Source: Candidatus Omnitrophota bacterium
GTDB taxonomy: Bacteria > Omnitrophota > Gorgyraeia > Duberdicusellales > 4484-171
Assembly: GCA_037146775.1 (NCBI GenBank)
Contig: JBAWWL010000005.1
Span: forward strand, 33,848 to 97,847
Direction: 5' to 3'
Length of the DNA: 64,000 nt
Shown: positions 1 through 8,167 of the stretch, in pieces
Layout: every line of letters begins with the position of its first letter
Position numbering within the stretch: the first letter of the stretch is position 1
The notes under the pieces: model-generated
The model's database searches: none
Seen by the model: only the letters and a program-made list of their open reading frames with translations
What the model was told of the DNA's origin: nothing
Made by a program: the position numbers and the translations under genes

Positions 1-2
1 AC

Positions 3-299
3 GTGGTATCAACGGGAAAAAATAACTCTACACCGGTGGGTGTTTTTAAAATTATCAATAAAGAAATCAACCCTACCTGGTTTAAGACCGGTGCGGTTAT
101 CCCCTCCGGTAGTCCAGAGAATATTCTAGGTACGAGGTGGATGGGTATCGAGAAGAAAGGATACGGCATACACGGTACTACGGAACCAGAACAACTGGGT
201 AAACAGGTTACCCTCGGCTGCGTGCGCATGAAAAATGAAGAAGTTGAAGAGTTGTACGATATCGTTCCCACGGGAACGGAAGTTACAATTATTGATTAA
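3..299 (+). CDS. L,D-transpeptidase catalytic domain protein, C-terminal fragment (5' end outside window)
   Basis: 98-aa ORF open at the window edge. YkuD-type catalytic signature HGT...LGCVRM (His/Cys). Confidence 0.6.
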   Translation: MVSTGKNNSTPVGVFKIINKEINPTWFKTGAVIPSGSPENILGTRWMGIEKKGYGIHGTTEPEQLGKQVTLGCVRMKNEEVEELYDIVPTGTEVTIID

Positions 300-372
300 A
301 TAATAACGATTCCGGTGATTAGGAGAATGATTCCAGAGATTTCAAAAATCACTGTAATCAACTTAAAAAAAT

Positions 373-1323
373 ATGGAAAGCTGGGATTTCGAAAAACCGG
401 TTATTGAAATAGAAAAAAAGATCGGAGAGCTTAAAAAGTTTTCCGAAGAGAAAGACGTTGATTTGTCTTCGGAGATCAACAGTTTGGAGAAGAAACTAAA
501 AACACTTAAGAAAGGAATTTATTCTAATTTAGTTCCCTGGCAGAAAATTCAAATTGCCCGCCATCCTCACCGGCCAGCCACTCGTGATTATATCGATGCC
601 ATTATGAAAGATTTCGTCCTTTTGCACGGCGACCGTCTCTTTGGTGACGACAAGGCCATTATTTCAGGATTCGCCACATTAGACACTCAGAAAGTAGCGG
701 TCATCGGTCATCAAAAAGGCAGAGACACAAAAGAAAATATTGCCCGCAACTTCGGCTGCGCGAATCCCGAAGGTTATCGTAAAGCGATACGTATTATGCG
801 TTTGGCGGAACGTTTCGCCATGCCTGTTATTTGTTTCGTGGATACACCGGGCGCTTATCCCGGTATCGGCGCAGAAGAGCGGGGCCAGGCTTTAGCTATC
901 GCGGAAAATATCCGGGACATGTTTTATATAAAAACGCCTATCATAGTAGTGGTGATTGGGGAAGGCGGCAGCGGTGGAGCGCTGGGTATCGGCGTAGGAG
1001 ACAGGGTGATACTTATGGAGTACTCATACTATTCTGTCATTTCTCCCGAGGGCTGCGCCGCTATTCTTTGGAAAAATTCCGAACAAAAAAAAGAAGCCGC
1101 CAAAGTGTTAAAATTAACCGCTCCGGATTTATTAGCCTTGGGCGCGATTGATGAGATTATCCCCGAGCCGGAAGGCGGCGCTCATCGTAACCCTGCGGAA
1201 GCGGCAAAAAATTTAAAAGAAACTCTGCTTAGGAACTTGAATATATTAACCGGCATTAACCTTGATAAGCTTCTTGAACTGCGTTATATGAAGTTTAGGA
1301 AGATGGGGGTTTTTAAGGAGTGA
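373..1323 (+). CDS. accA: acetyl-CoA carboxylase carboxyltransferase alpha subunit
   Basis: 316 aa. AccA-like N-terminus (LDFEKPI.ELE.KI..L). Conserved carboxyltransferase core (FVDTPGAYPG, GEGGSGGAL). Confidence 0.85.
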   Translation: MESWDFEKPVIEIEKKIGELKKFSEEKDVDLSSEINSLEKKLKTLKKGIYSNLVPWQKIQIARHPHRPATRDYIDAIMKDFVLLHGDRLFGDDKAIISGFATLDTQKVAVIGHQKGRDTKENIARNFGCANPEGYRKAIRIMRLAERFAMPVICFVDTPGAYPGIGAEERGQALAIAENIRDMFYIKTPIIVVVIGEGGSGGALGIGVGDRVILMEYSYYSVISPEGCAAILWKNSEQKKEAAKVLKLTAPDLLALGAIDEIIPEPEGGAHRNPAEAAKNLKETLLRNLNILTGINLDKLLELRYMKFRKMGVFKE

Positions 1324-1838
1324 TAATTCAGAAACTTATCATTCTGGGGATTTTAAAAAAAGGGCCAAAACACGGATATCAGATAAAGAAAATTATTCAA
1401 AACGAATTAGGCCTTTTTTCCGAGCCGGAAACTCAATCTATTTATTATCCCCTCAAGCAGATGGAAAAGGGTGGCCTGATCAAAAAAGAAGTGGTTAAGG
1501 CCAAAGGCCGCCTGCCGCATTATACCTACACGATTACTCCCCACGGAAGTAAAGAGTTTACCAGACTGGCAATGCAAGCTTTACTTTCTCGCAAGCGCCC
1601 TTTTATTGATATCGACATCCCGTTATATTTTTTACCCTATCTGGACAAGAAGGAAGTTGTCGCCCGTCTGCGGCTGCGTAAACGTTTCCTGGAAAAAGTA
1701 AAAGAGTGGCTCGAGGCAAAGCTATGTACCCGCAAGGAATTTTCTTTTCAGCAACTGTTGTTGTTAAAGCACAATCTTAATCTGCTTACCGCCGAAGAAA
1801 AATTCTTGGAGGAAATGACCCAAGCTATACGGACATAG
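1320..1838 (+). CDS. PadR-family transcriptional regulator
   Basis: Winged-helix PadR signature (ILGIL..GPKHGYQI...YYPLKQMEKGGLI). GTG start overlaps the accA stop and the SD, so the start is uncertain. Confidence 0.55.
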   Translation: MIIQKLIILGILKKGPKHGYQIKKIIQNELGLFSEPETQSIYYPLKQMEKGGLIKKEVVKAKGRLPHYTYTITPHGSKEFTRLAMQALLSRKRPFIDIDIPLYFLPYLDKKEVVARLRLRKRFLEKVKEWLEAKLCTRKEFSFQQLLLLKHNLNLLTAEEKFLEEMTQAIRT

Positions 1839-1861
1839 GACAAAAAAGAGGTGATGCGCCA

Positions 1862-2242
1862 ATGGCAAAAAAAATTTTAATCGTCGAGGATGAACAAGAA
1901 ACATCAGCATTTCTGAAAAATAAGTTGAACCAACTTAACTTTCATACTGAAACTTCCGGAGATGGCGGTGACGCTATAAACAAGATGAAAACATTTATGC
2001 CGGATCTGGTTCTTTTGGATATTATGCTTCCCGTTATTGACGGTATAGAGGTCTTAAAATGGATAAAGACAAACCAGCCTCAGGTCCTGGTGATTATGAC
2101 TACCGCGAAAAAAGAGGTCTCGGACCTTAAAACAGGCTATTCTTTGGAAGCTGATTATTATATTACCAAGCCTTATACTTTTGAGGAAATTATAAAGGGT
2201 ATTAACGTCTTGATGTCGCTTAAGGGCGATGAAGTCAATTGA
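1862..2242 (+). CDS. stand-alone response-regulator receiver (CheY-like) domain protein
   Basis: 126 aa. ILIVEDE...DLVLLDIMLP..DG...ITKP receiver motifs with the phospho-acceptor Asp context. No output domain. Confidence 0.7.
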   Translation: MAKKILIVEDEQETSAFLKNKLNQLNFHTETSGDGGDAINKMKTFMPDLVLLDIMLPVIDGIEVLKWIKTNQPQVLVIMTTAKKEVSDLKTGYSLEADYYITKPYTFEEIIKGINVLMSLKGDEVN

Positions 2243-2323
2243 TTCCTTCGATTATATTTAGAGCTAGCCTCAAGCGTAGTCGAAGAGTTGACACCCCGTA
2301 TAAAAAGTGTTAATCTGTAATAA

Positions 2324-3664
2324 ATGAAGACAGAATTTTCTATTCATAGCCTTAGCGTAAAGAGAAAAATCTGGATTGCTATTTCGCTTGTTACCTGCAT
2401 CCCTTTCATTCTTCTGTTCCAGTATCTTAGCGGTTACCATATTTCTTTTTGGGCCGGCATGGCAGCGCTCGTGCTTGTTCTGTTAGGCTGGTGGATTGTT
2501 TTTGAGGTTTTTTCTTCAATCGCCAAACTCTATTCGCAATCAAGGAAGACGCTTGAAAAAATAGGCGAATACCCCCCGCTGATAACCAACGAAGTGGAAA
2601 GCCTTGATTCGGTCATTAATATTCTTTCTTCAAAAGTAAAAAGCAGCTTCGAGCAGCTCAAGGAATTTAGCCAGAAAACAGACGAGCTTAGCAAAGAAGT
2701 ATCGAAGAAAGTTTTTGTGTTATCAACCATACTGCAGGCAAACGATTTATTTTCCAAAGAAGTGCCTTGCGAGGAAATACTGCAATTTTTCATCCAGCGT
2801 TTATCCGAAACCTTGCGCATGAAAGTGGCCTTTTTCGCCTGCCGCAGCAATGAGGCAGGGAAATTGGTGGTGGTTACGTATATGGGAGTGGATGTTTCCA
2901 AAGTTGAGAATATTTTTGAAAAAGATCAAGCCCAGCTATCTAAAATAAAAAGGCCGGTAGTAGTTGATGCCAAAAACAAGTCCGGCGCCTATGCGGTGTT
3001 ACCCAAAGAATTGGGGACAGAAAATATTGTTCTTAACCCGGTAATATCAAAGGGTCAAATCATCGGCCTGTTGTGTGTCGGCAACAATGACGATAGTTTT
3101 GTGTTCAACGATGACGATCTGAACACCTTAAATCTTTTCTCGCAGAATGTTTCCCTTATCTGGGAACACGAGAAGCTCTCTGTCAAGGTAGATGAGCTTG
3201 AGGTGTTTGATTACTTGACCGGTTTGTATAACGAAAAGTTTTTAATAAAACGTCTGGATGAAGAGATCGGTAGGGCTTTAATTTATCAGCGGCCGTGCGG
3301 TTTCTTGTTGCTGGAAATATCGAATTACGATGATTACCAGAAAAACGTGGGGCTTTTGGAGGCCGAGAAGCTGGTTAAAAAAGCGGGAAAAATTTTTAGA
3401 GAAACTCTGCGGCCTATCGATATTCCCGCTAGGCTTGGGCCGAATCGCCTCGGCGCAATACTGATCGAAAAAAATAAACGGCAATCACAAACGGTTGCGC
3501 AGAGCGTCAAAGAAAGATTGATCTACGTGTTTAAAGAGCAAATCGACCTGACTTTTTCGGTGGCTGAGAACCCCATAGACGGCACTACCGCCCAAGAACT
3601 CATACAGTTCGCCCAAACTCACATTAGCCCGTCAGGAGCCAATGAACTCCCCCAAAAGGATTGA
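2324..3664 (+). CDS. membrane protein with a degenerate GGDEF domain (intact I-site RxxD, active site GGEEF replaced by GPNRL)
   Basis: N-terminal TM helices. GGDEF-fold start DYLTGLYNEKFL. RPID-IPAR-LGPNRL aligns to PleD RAID-LPCR-YGGEEF. Confidence 0.6.
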   Translation: MKTEFSIHSLSVKRKIWIAISLVTCIPFILLFQYLSGYHISFWAGMAALVLVLLGWWIVFEVFSSIAKLYSQSRKTLEKIGEYPPLITNEVESLDSVINILSSKVKSSFEQLKEFSQKTDELSKEVSKKVFVLSTILQANDLFSKEVPCEEILQFFIQRLSETLRMKVAFFACRSNEAGKLVVVTYMGVDVSKVENIFEKDQAQLSKIKRPVVVDAKNKSGAYAVLPKELGTENIVLNPVISKGQIIGLLCVGNNDDSFVFNDDDLNTLNLFSQNVSLIWEHEKLSVKVDELEVFDYLTGLYNEKFLIKRLDEEIGRALIYQRPCGFLLLEISNYDDYQKNVGLLEAEKLVKKAGKIFRETLRPIDIPARLGPNRLGAILIEKNKRQSQTVAQSVKERLIYVFKEQIDLTFSVAENPIDGTTAQELIQFAQTHISPSGANELPQKD

Positions 3665-4082
3665 GAAGCCTCTTGGCCAGATCTTGGTAGAAAGAGGTGT
3701 GATTAACCCCACACAACTCGAAAGGGCTCTTGATCTTCAGAAGAAAGAAGGCGGCCTTATCGGCGAGGTAATCGTAAAACTTGGTTTTGCTAAAGAGGAA
3801 GATATTGCCCATTGCCTTTCATTGCAATTCGGCTTTCCATACCTGCCCCTTGAAAACTACGAGGTATCCAGAGAGGTGGTTAGCCTTATCCCGAAAGGCG
3901 TCGCCAGCCACTACTGTTTGATTTCCCTCGATAAGATAGGCAATACCGTTACTATCGCTATGGCTAATCCGTTAAATCTTCAGGCAATAGAAGATTTGGA
4001 AGATTTAACCAAGAGTGATATTCAGGTATTTGTGAGCACGCCGACGGACATACGCAAATGTATAGAAAAATTCTATACCTAA
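3642..4082 (+). CDS. stand-alone T2SSE_N / MshEN-type domain protein (putative c-di-GMP receptor)
   Basis: 146 aa. Two 24-aa motifs PLGQILVERGVINPTQLERALDLQ and LIGEVIVKLGFAKEEDIAHCLSLQ separated by a 5-aa spacer (KKEGG). Both fit RLGxxLLxxGLLxxxxLxxxLxxQ. Confidence 0.65.
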   Translation: MNSPKRIEKPLGQILVERGVINPTQLERALDLQKKEGGLIGEVIVKLGFAKEEDIAHCLSLQFGFPYLPLENYEVSREVVSLIPKGVASHYCLISLDKIGNTVTIAMANPLNLQAIEDLEDLTKSDIQVFVSTPTDIRKCIEKFYT

Positions 4083-4120
4083 AAGTTTCAGTTTTGTGCC
4101 GTTCCCGCCGCTAGGATATT

Positions 4121-5851
4121 ATGCTGAAAGAAAAATTTACCGATTATTTGCTTGAGAAAAAATTAATTTCCAAAGAAGACCTGGAAAAGGTCCTTACTCT
4201 TCAGAAAGAGAAGGGCGGTTCCCTGGTCGAACTTTTCATAAAGCTTGGGTGCATGCAAGAGGCTCAACTTCTTAATATTCTTTCCGGCTACCTCTCTATT
4301 CCGCCGATGCGGGTGATCAATCTGGCTATCGCCCAGGAGACTATCAGCTTAATTTCCGAACGTTTTGCCCGCAGTTTCCACGTTATCCCCATCGGTAAAA
4401 TCGGTAACAGCATTACTCTGGCTATGGCAGACCCCCTGAATGTGGTGGTTATCGACGACTTAAAGAAAATTACCGGTTGTGAGATTAACCCGGTGATTGC
4501 GCCTTTGTCGGAAATAAAAGAAGCCATTATTGCCCATTACACCCGGCCGCCCACAGACTCTATCGAAGAGATCATCAAGGGCCAAAAAGCGGAAGCAATC
4601 GAAATTATTAAGCAGGAAAAAGTATTGCAGAACCAAACCCTGGAAACCATTGACGAGGCGCCGGTAATGAAATTTACCAACTCGCTGCTTAAACGGGCTG
4701 TGTCTGACCGGGCATCGGACATCCTGTTAGAGCCTTTAGAGAAATCAAGCAGGGTAAGATTCCGTATCGACGGGCTTCTGCGGGAGGTAGAGACATTTTC
4801 CAAAAAAATCCACCCTTTTGTGATATCGCGCATCAAGGTTATGTGTAATCTTAATATCGCGGAGCACCGCTTGCCTCAAGAAGGAAGGTTCCGTAGCTCA
4901 ATTTTAGAGCGTAGCGTAGACTTCCGAGTTTCGATTGTGCCTTCCAGCTTAGGGGAGAAAGTTGCTATGCGTATTTTAGATAAAAATACCGCGCTTTTGG
5001 ATTTGGAGCTGTTGGGCTTTGAGGCTGACGTGCTCAAACAGATGAGAGCAGACAGTAAAAGGCCTCACGGTTTAATGTTGGTGTGCGGCCCGACCGGCTC
5101 AGGTAAAACCACCAGCCTTTACTCGGTTATTTCCTATATTTATAGTCCGGAGCGTAACATTATCACTGTAGAAGACCCTATAGAGTATCAGTTAAAAGGT
5201 ATTAACCAGGTAAGCATTAATCCCGCCATCAACCTGACTTTTGCTTCGTGCTTGCGCTCAATCTTGCGCCAGGATCCGGATATTATCATGGTGGGTGAAA
5301 TCAGGGATTTTGAAACCGCAGATATTACCATCAAGGCGGCTCTCACCGGCCATTTGGTTTTTTCAACCCTGCATACCACAACCAGCGCCGGCTCTGTTAC
5401 CCGTCTTATCAATATGGGCATTGAACCATTCCTGCTTTCTTCTACTTTAATAAGCGTTCTCTCTCAGCGTTTAGTGAGAAAGCTATGCCCCAAATGCAAA
5501 GAAGAGGCAGTGATCCTTGAAAGTATCCGGGAAAAATATGGTATCGATAAAAAAACGAAACTATACAAGGCAGTAGGCTGTAACTCCTGCCAGCAGACAG
5601 GATATAGAGGCCGTATTGCTTTAAGCGAGTATTTACCGATTTCGCCAAAGATACGGTTTTTAGTGAATGCGGCCACTTCGGAGCACGTGATAAAAAAAGA
5701 AGCCCGTATGTTGGGTATGCGTACGCTGCGTGAAGACGGCATCCTGAAGCTCAACACCGGCCTCACTACTTTAGAGGAAGTGCTTAAGGTAACGGGGGCG
5801 GACGAACCATTGGGGTCAGAAGTCAGAGGTCAGAAGACAGAAGACAGATGA
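4121..5851 (+). CDS. pilB: type IV pilus assembly ATPase PilB/GspE family (paralog 1)
   Basis: 576 aa. N-terminal T2SSE_N domain. Walker A GPTGSGKTT, Asp box, His box. C-terminal tetracysteine (CPKC...CNSC). C-terminal tail GSEVRGQKTEDR is encoded by the heptamer-repeat array. Confidence 0.85.
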   Translation: MLKEKFTDYLLEKKLISKEDLEKVLTLQKEKGGSLVELFIKLGCMQEAQLLNILSGYLSIPPMRVINLAIAQETISLISERFARSFHVIPIGKIGNSITLAMADPLNVVVIDDLKKITGCEINPVIAPLSEIKEAIIAHYTRPPTDSIEEIIKGQKAEAIEIIKQEKVLQNQTLETIDEAPVMKFTNSLLKRAVSDRASDILLEPLEKSSRVRFRIDGLLREVETFSKKIHPFVISRIKVMCNLNIAEHRLPQEGRFRSSILERSVDFRVSIVPSSLGEKVAMRILDKNTALLDLELLGFEADVLKQMRADSKRPHGLMLVCGPTGSGKTTSLYSVISYIYSPERNIITVEDPIEYQLKGINQVSINPAINLTFASCLRSILRQDPDIIMVGEIRDFETADITIKAALTGHLVFSTLHTTTSAGSVTRLINMGIEPFLLSSTLISVLSQRLVRKLCPKCKEEAVILESIREKYGIDKKTKLYKAVGCNSCQQTGYRGRIALSEYLPISPKIRFLVNAATSEHVIKKEARMLGMRTLREDGILKLNTGLTTLEEVLKVTGADEPLGSEVRGQKTEDR

Positions 5852-5890
5852 CAGAGGACAGAGGACGGAAAGCAGAAGACAGGGGACAGG
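5814..5890. repeat. tandem heptanucleotide repeat array (GWCAGAR, about 11 units), locus A
   Basis: gtcagaa gtcagag gtcagaa gacagaa gacagat gacagag ... read directly from the sequence. Overlaps the pilB1 3' end. Confidence 0.8.
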
Positions 5891-6256
5891 GTGAAAATTA
5901 AAAGTGTAAAAGATTTGAAAGTATATAATATTGCTTACAGTTTAGCAATGGAAATATTTACAACAACAAAGAGTTTTCCCAAAGAAGAAATTTATTCATT
6001 AACAGACCAGATTAGGCGTTCTTCCCGTTCGGTGGCGATTAACATAAGGGAGGGTTTTGCAAAACGAAGATACGAGCAAGTATTTACACGTCATTTAAAT
6101 GATGCTTTTGGTTCTAGTGAAGAAACGAGAGGTTGGCTGAATTTTGCTAAAGATTGTCAATATATATCGCAGAAAATATACGAAAAATTAGATAAGCAAT
6201 ACGATGAGTTAAACGCAATGATATACGTTCTTATGAATAGTTGGCACGCTTTCTAG
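5891..6256 (+). CDS. four-helix-bundle protein (23S rRNA intervening-sequence protein family, PF05635-like)
   Basis: 121 aa. Family-typical N-terminus (IKSVKDLKVYNIAYSLAMEIF) and SSRSVAINIREG motif. GTG start. Confidence 0.6.
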   Translation: MKIKSVKDLKVYNIAYSLAMEIFTTTKSFPKEEIYSLTDQIRRSSRSVAINIREGFAKRRYEQVFTRHLNDAFGSSEETRGWLNFAKDCQYISQKIYEKLDKQYDELNAMIYVLMNSWHAF

Positions 6257-6284
6257 GTAAGAGCGATCAGGGGGGCAGATAATA

Positions 6285-6330
6285 TCTGACTTCCGACTTC
6301 TGACCTCTGTCTTCTGATCTCTGTTTTCTG
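6285..6330. repeat. tandem heptanucleotide repeat array, locus B (inverted orientation relative to locus A)
   Basis: tctgact tccgact tctgacc tctgtct tctgatc tctgttt is the reverse complement of GWCAGAR units. Confidence 0.8.
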
Positions 6331-6339
6331 GAGGAAAAC

Positions 6340-8019
6340 GTGAATGTAAAAGAGAAAATTTTAGACTACATCAAAACAACCAAGCCGATAGAGAAGGGGC
6401 TTTTGAAAAACATTGAAGGCACGGCAGATTATACTCATTTTAAACACATGCTTATTGAACACAATTTAATCAGCGAGGAGGAGTTGCTTCTTGTATTTTC
6501 CAAAGAATTCAAAATGCCTTTTTTAGACTTAAAAAAATACCGCATACCGCACAAAAGCAAAGATTTGATTCCCCGGGAAACCGCTTTTAAATACCGGGTT
6601 TTCCCTTTGTGTAAAATCGGCACTGTCCTGACTATCGCTACTTCTAATCCCCTGGATATTATTGCTTATGACGATATAAAAATAATTACCGGCGTTGAAA
6701 AGGTGGATTTGGTTCTTTGCCGCGAGGAAGATATTTTGAAAGCGCTCGATAACCTATACAAAATGGATGATATCAGCAAATTAGTAGATGAAGATTCTTC
6801 TATCGAGGTCGGTGAAGCTTTCGAAGCGAAAGAATCTTTAGAAACTTTAATCGAAGAAAGCAGCCGCCCGCCGATCGTGCGAGCGGTTGATTTGTTTATT
6901 TATAATGCGCTCAAAAAACGGGCGTCGGATATTCATATTGAACCGTATCAGGACAGGCTGCTGGTAAAATACAGGGTGGACGGAGTATTGTGCGAAGAGT
7001 TTAATTTTCCCAAAAAGAACCAGCAAGCTGTTTTAGCGCGCTTAAAAATAATTTCTTCACTGGATATTACCGAATCGCGCCTTCCCCAGGACGGCAGGTT
7101 CAAAGTTAAGTTTGAGGATCGGGAGATTGATTTTAGGGTATCCAGCCTGCCTACGAATTTCGGGGAAAAATTCGTATTGCGGGCGTTGGATAAAGAAAAC
7201 CTTTCTATTGGTTTAAGAAAATTAGGTTTTTCCGAAGAGCCGCTTAGACTCTTTGAGGGTGCGATTAAGGCGCCATTCGGCATTATTATAGTTACCGGTC
7301 CCACGGGGAGCGGGAAATCTACAACCCTGTATTCCATTGTCAGCCAAATAAATACGCCCGAGAAAAATATTGTCACTATCGAAGACCCCATAGAGTACCA
7401 ACTTGAAGGCATTACTCAATTGAGCGTGAGTACGGACATAGGGCTTACTTTTGCCGCCGGCTTGCGTTCAGTGTTACGCCAGTCACCGGATATTATCATG
7501 GTGGGGGAAATCAGAGATTCGGAAACCGCGGACATTGCTATTAAAGCCGCACTTACCGGAGAGATCATACTTTCTACTTTACATACGAATACGGCGGTAG
7601 GCGCGCTTACCCGGCTCATTGATATGGGTATAGAGCCGTTTTTACTTGCTTCCTCTCTGGTTGCTACCACGGCCCAACGTTTAATACGCAAGCTATGCCA
7701 GAAATGCCGGGAAAAATATCAGATAGAAGAAGAGGTCTTGAAAAAATTAAATGTCAACACTAAAACGAACGAATTTTACCGGCCTAAAGGCTGTCATTAT
7801 TGTAATGATACCGGTTATCATGGACGCATTGCGATCTTGGAAGTTTTGCTTTTAGATGATAGAATGAAAGAAATGATTGTTGAGCGCCGTTCAGAAGATG
7901 AGATTACCCAGTATGCCATCAAAGAGCGCGGATACAGGCCTTTGCGTGAAGATGGTATTTTGCGCTGCGTGGAGGGTGTTACTTCGCTTGAAGAAGTGTT
8001 GAGGGCGACGACGGAGTAG
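6340..8019 (+). CDS. pilB: type IV pilus assembly ATPase PilB/GspE family (paralog 2)
   Basis: 559 aa. GTG start with GGAGG SD. N-terminal T2SSE_N-like domain. Walker A GPTGSGKST. Tetracysteine CQKC...CHYC. Confidence 0.85.
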   Translation: MNVKEKILDYIKTTKPIEKGLLKNIEGTADYTHFKHMLIEHNLISEEELLLVFSKEFKMPFLDLKKYRIPHKSKDLIPRETAFKYRVFPLCKIGTVLTIATSNPLDIIAYDDIKIITGVEKVDLVLCREEDILKALDNLYKMDDISKLVDEDSSIEVGEAFEAKESLETLIEESSRPPIVRAVDLFIYNALKKRASDIHIEPYQDRLLVKYRVDGVLCEEFNFPKKNQQAVLARLKIISSLDITESRLPQDGRFKVKFEDREIDFRVSSLPTNFGEKFVLRALDKENLSIGLRKLGFSEEPLRLFEGAIKAPFGIIIVTGPTGSGKSTTLYSIVSQINTPEKNIVTIEDPIEYQLEGITQLSVSTDIGLTFAAGLRSVLRQSPDIIMVGEIRDSETADIAIKAALTGEIILSTLHTNTAVGALTRLIDMGIEPFLLASSLVATTAQRLIRKLCQKCREKYQIEEEVLKKLNVNTKTNEFYRPKGCHYCNDTGYHGRIAILEVLLLDDRMKEMIVERRSEDEITQYAIKERGYRPLREDGILRCVEGVTSLEEVLRATTE

Positions 8020-8065
8020 AACAGATGACAGACGTCAGAAGACAGAAGGCAGAGGGCAGAAGGTT
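8019..8065. repeat. tandem heptanucleotide repeat array, locus C
   Basis: aacagat gacagac gtcagaa gacagaa ggcagag ggcagaa, immediately after the pilB2 stop. Confidence 0.75.
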
Positions 8066-8083
8066 GGGGGATTAACGCGTTGC

Positions 8084-8131
8084 ACGATTAACGAATTGAG
8101 GTATTAAACAATTTTTTAATTCGTTAATTCT
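8084..8131. promoter_or_regulatory. inverted repeat (ttaacgaatt ... aattcgttaa) in a TTAAT-rich intergenic region upstream of pilC
   Basis: 10-bp arms separated by about 20 nt. Function not established. Confidence 0.3.
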
Positions 8132-8167
8132 TTAATCATTTAATGCATTAATTATTTAATAAAAACT

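Noticed and set aside
831-1151. 106-aa Arg-rich ORF in another frame inside accA
   Set aside because: Lies entirely within the well-supported accA reading frame. Low-complexity Arg/Gly composition typical of an out-of-frame artefact.
5814-5890. Heptamer repeat arrays as a CRISPR array
   Set aside because: Units are 7 nt and contiguous with no unique spacers. Arrays are dispersed at five loci. No cas genes are present.
3642-8019. A PilT/PilU retraction ATPase among the ATPase genes
   Set aside because: Both ATPase genes are more than 550 aa with N-terminal T2SSE_N domains and tetracysteine motifs (PilB/GspE-type). The 146-aa ORF is only an N-domain. No short PilT-type gene exists in the window.
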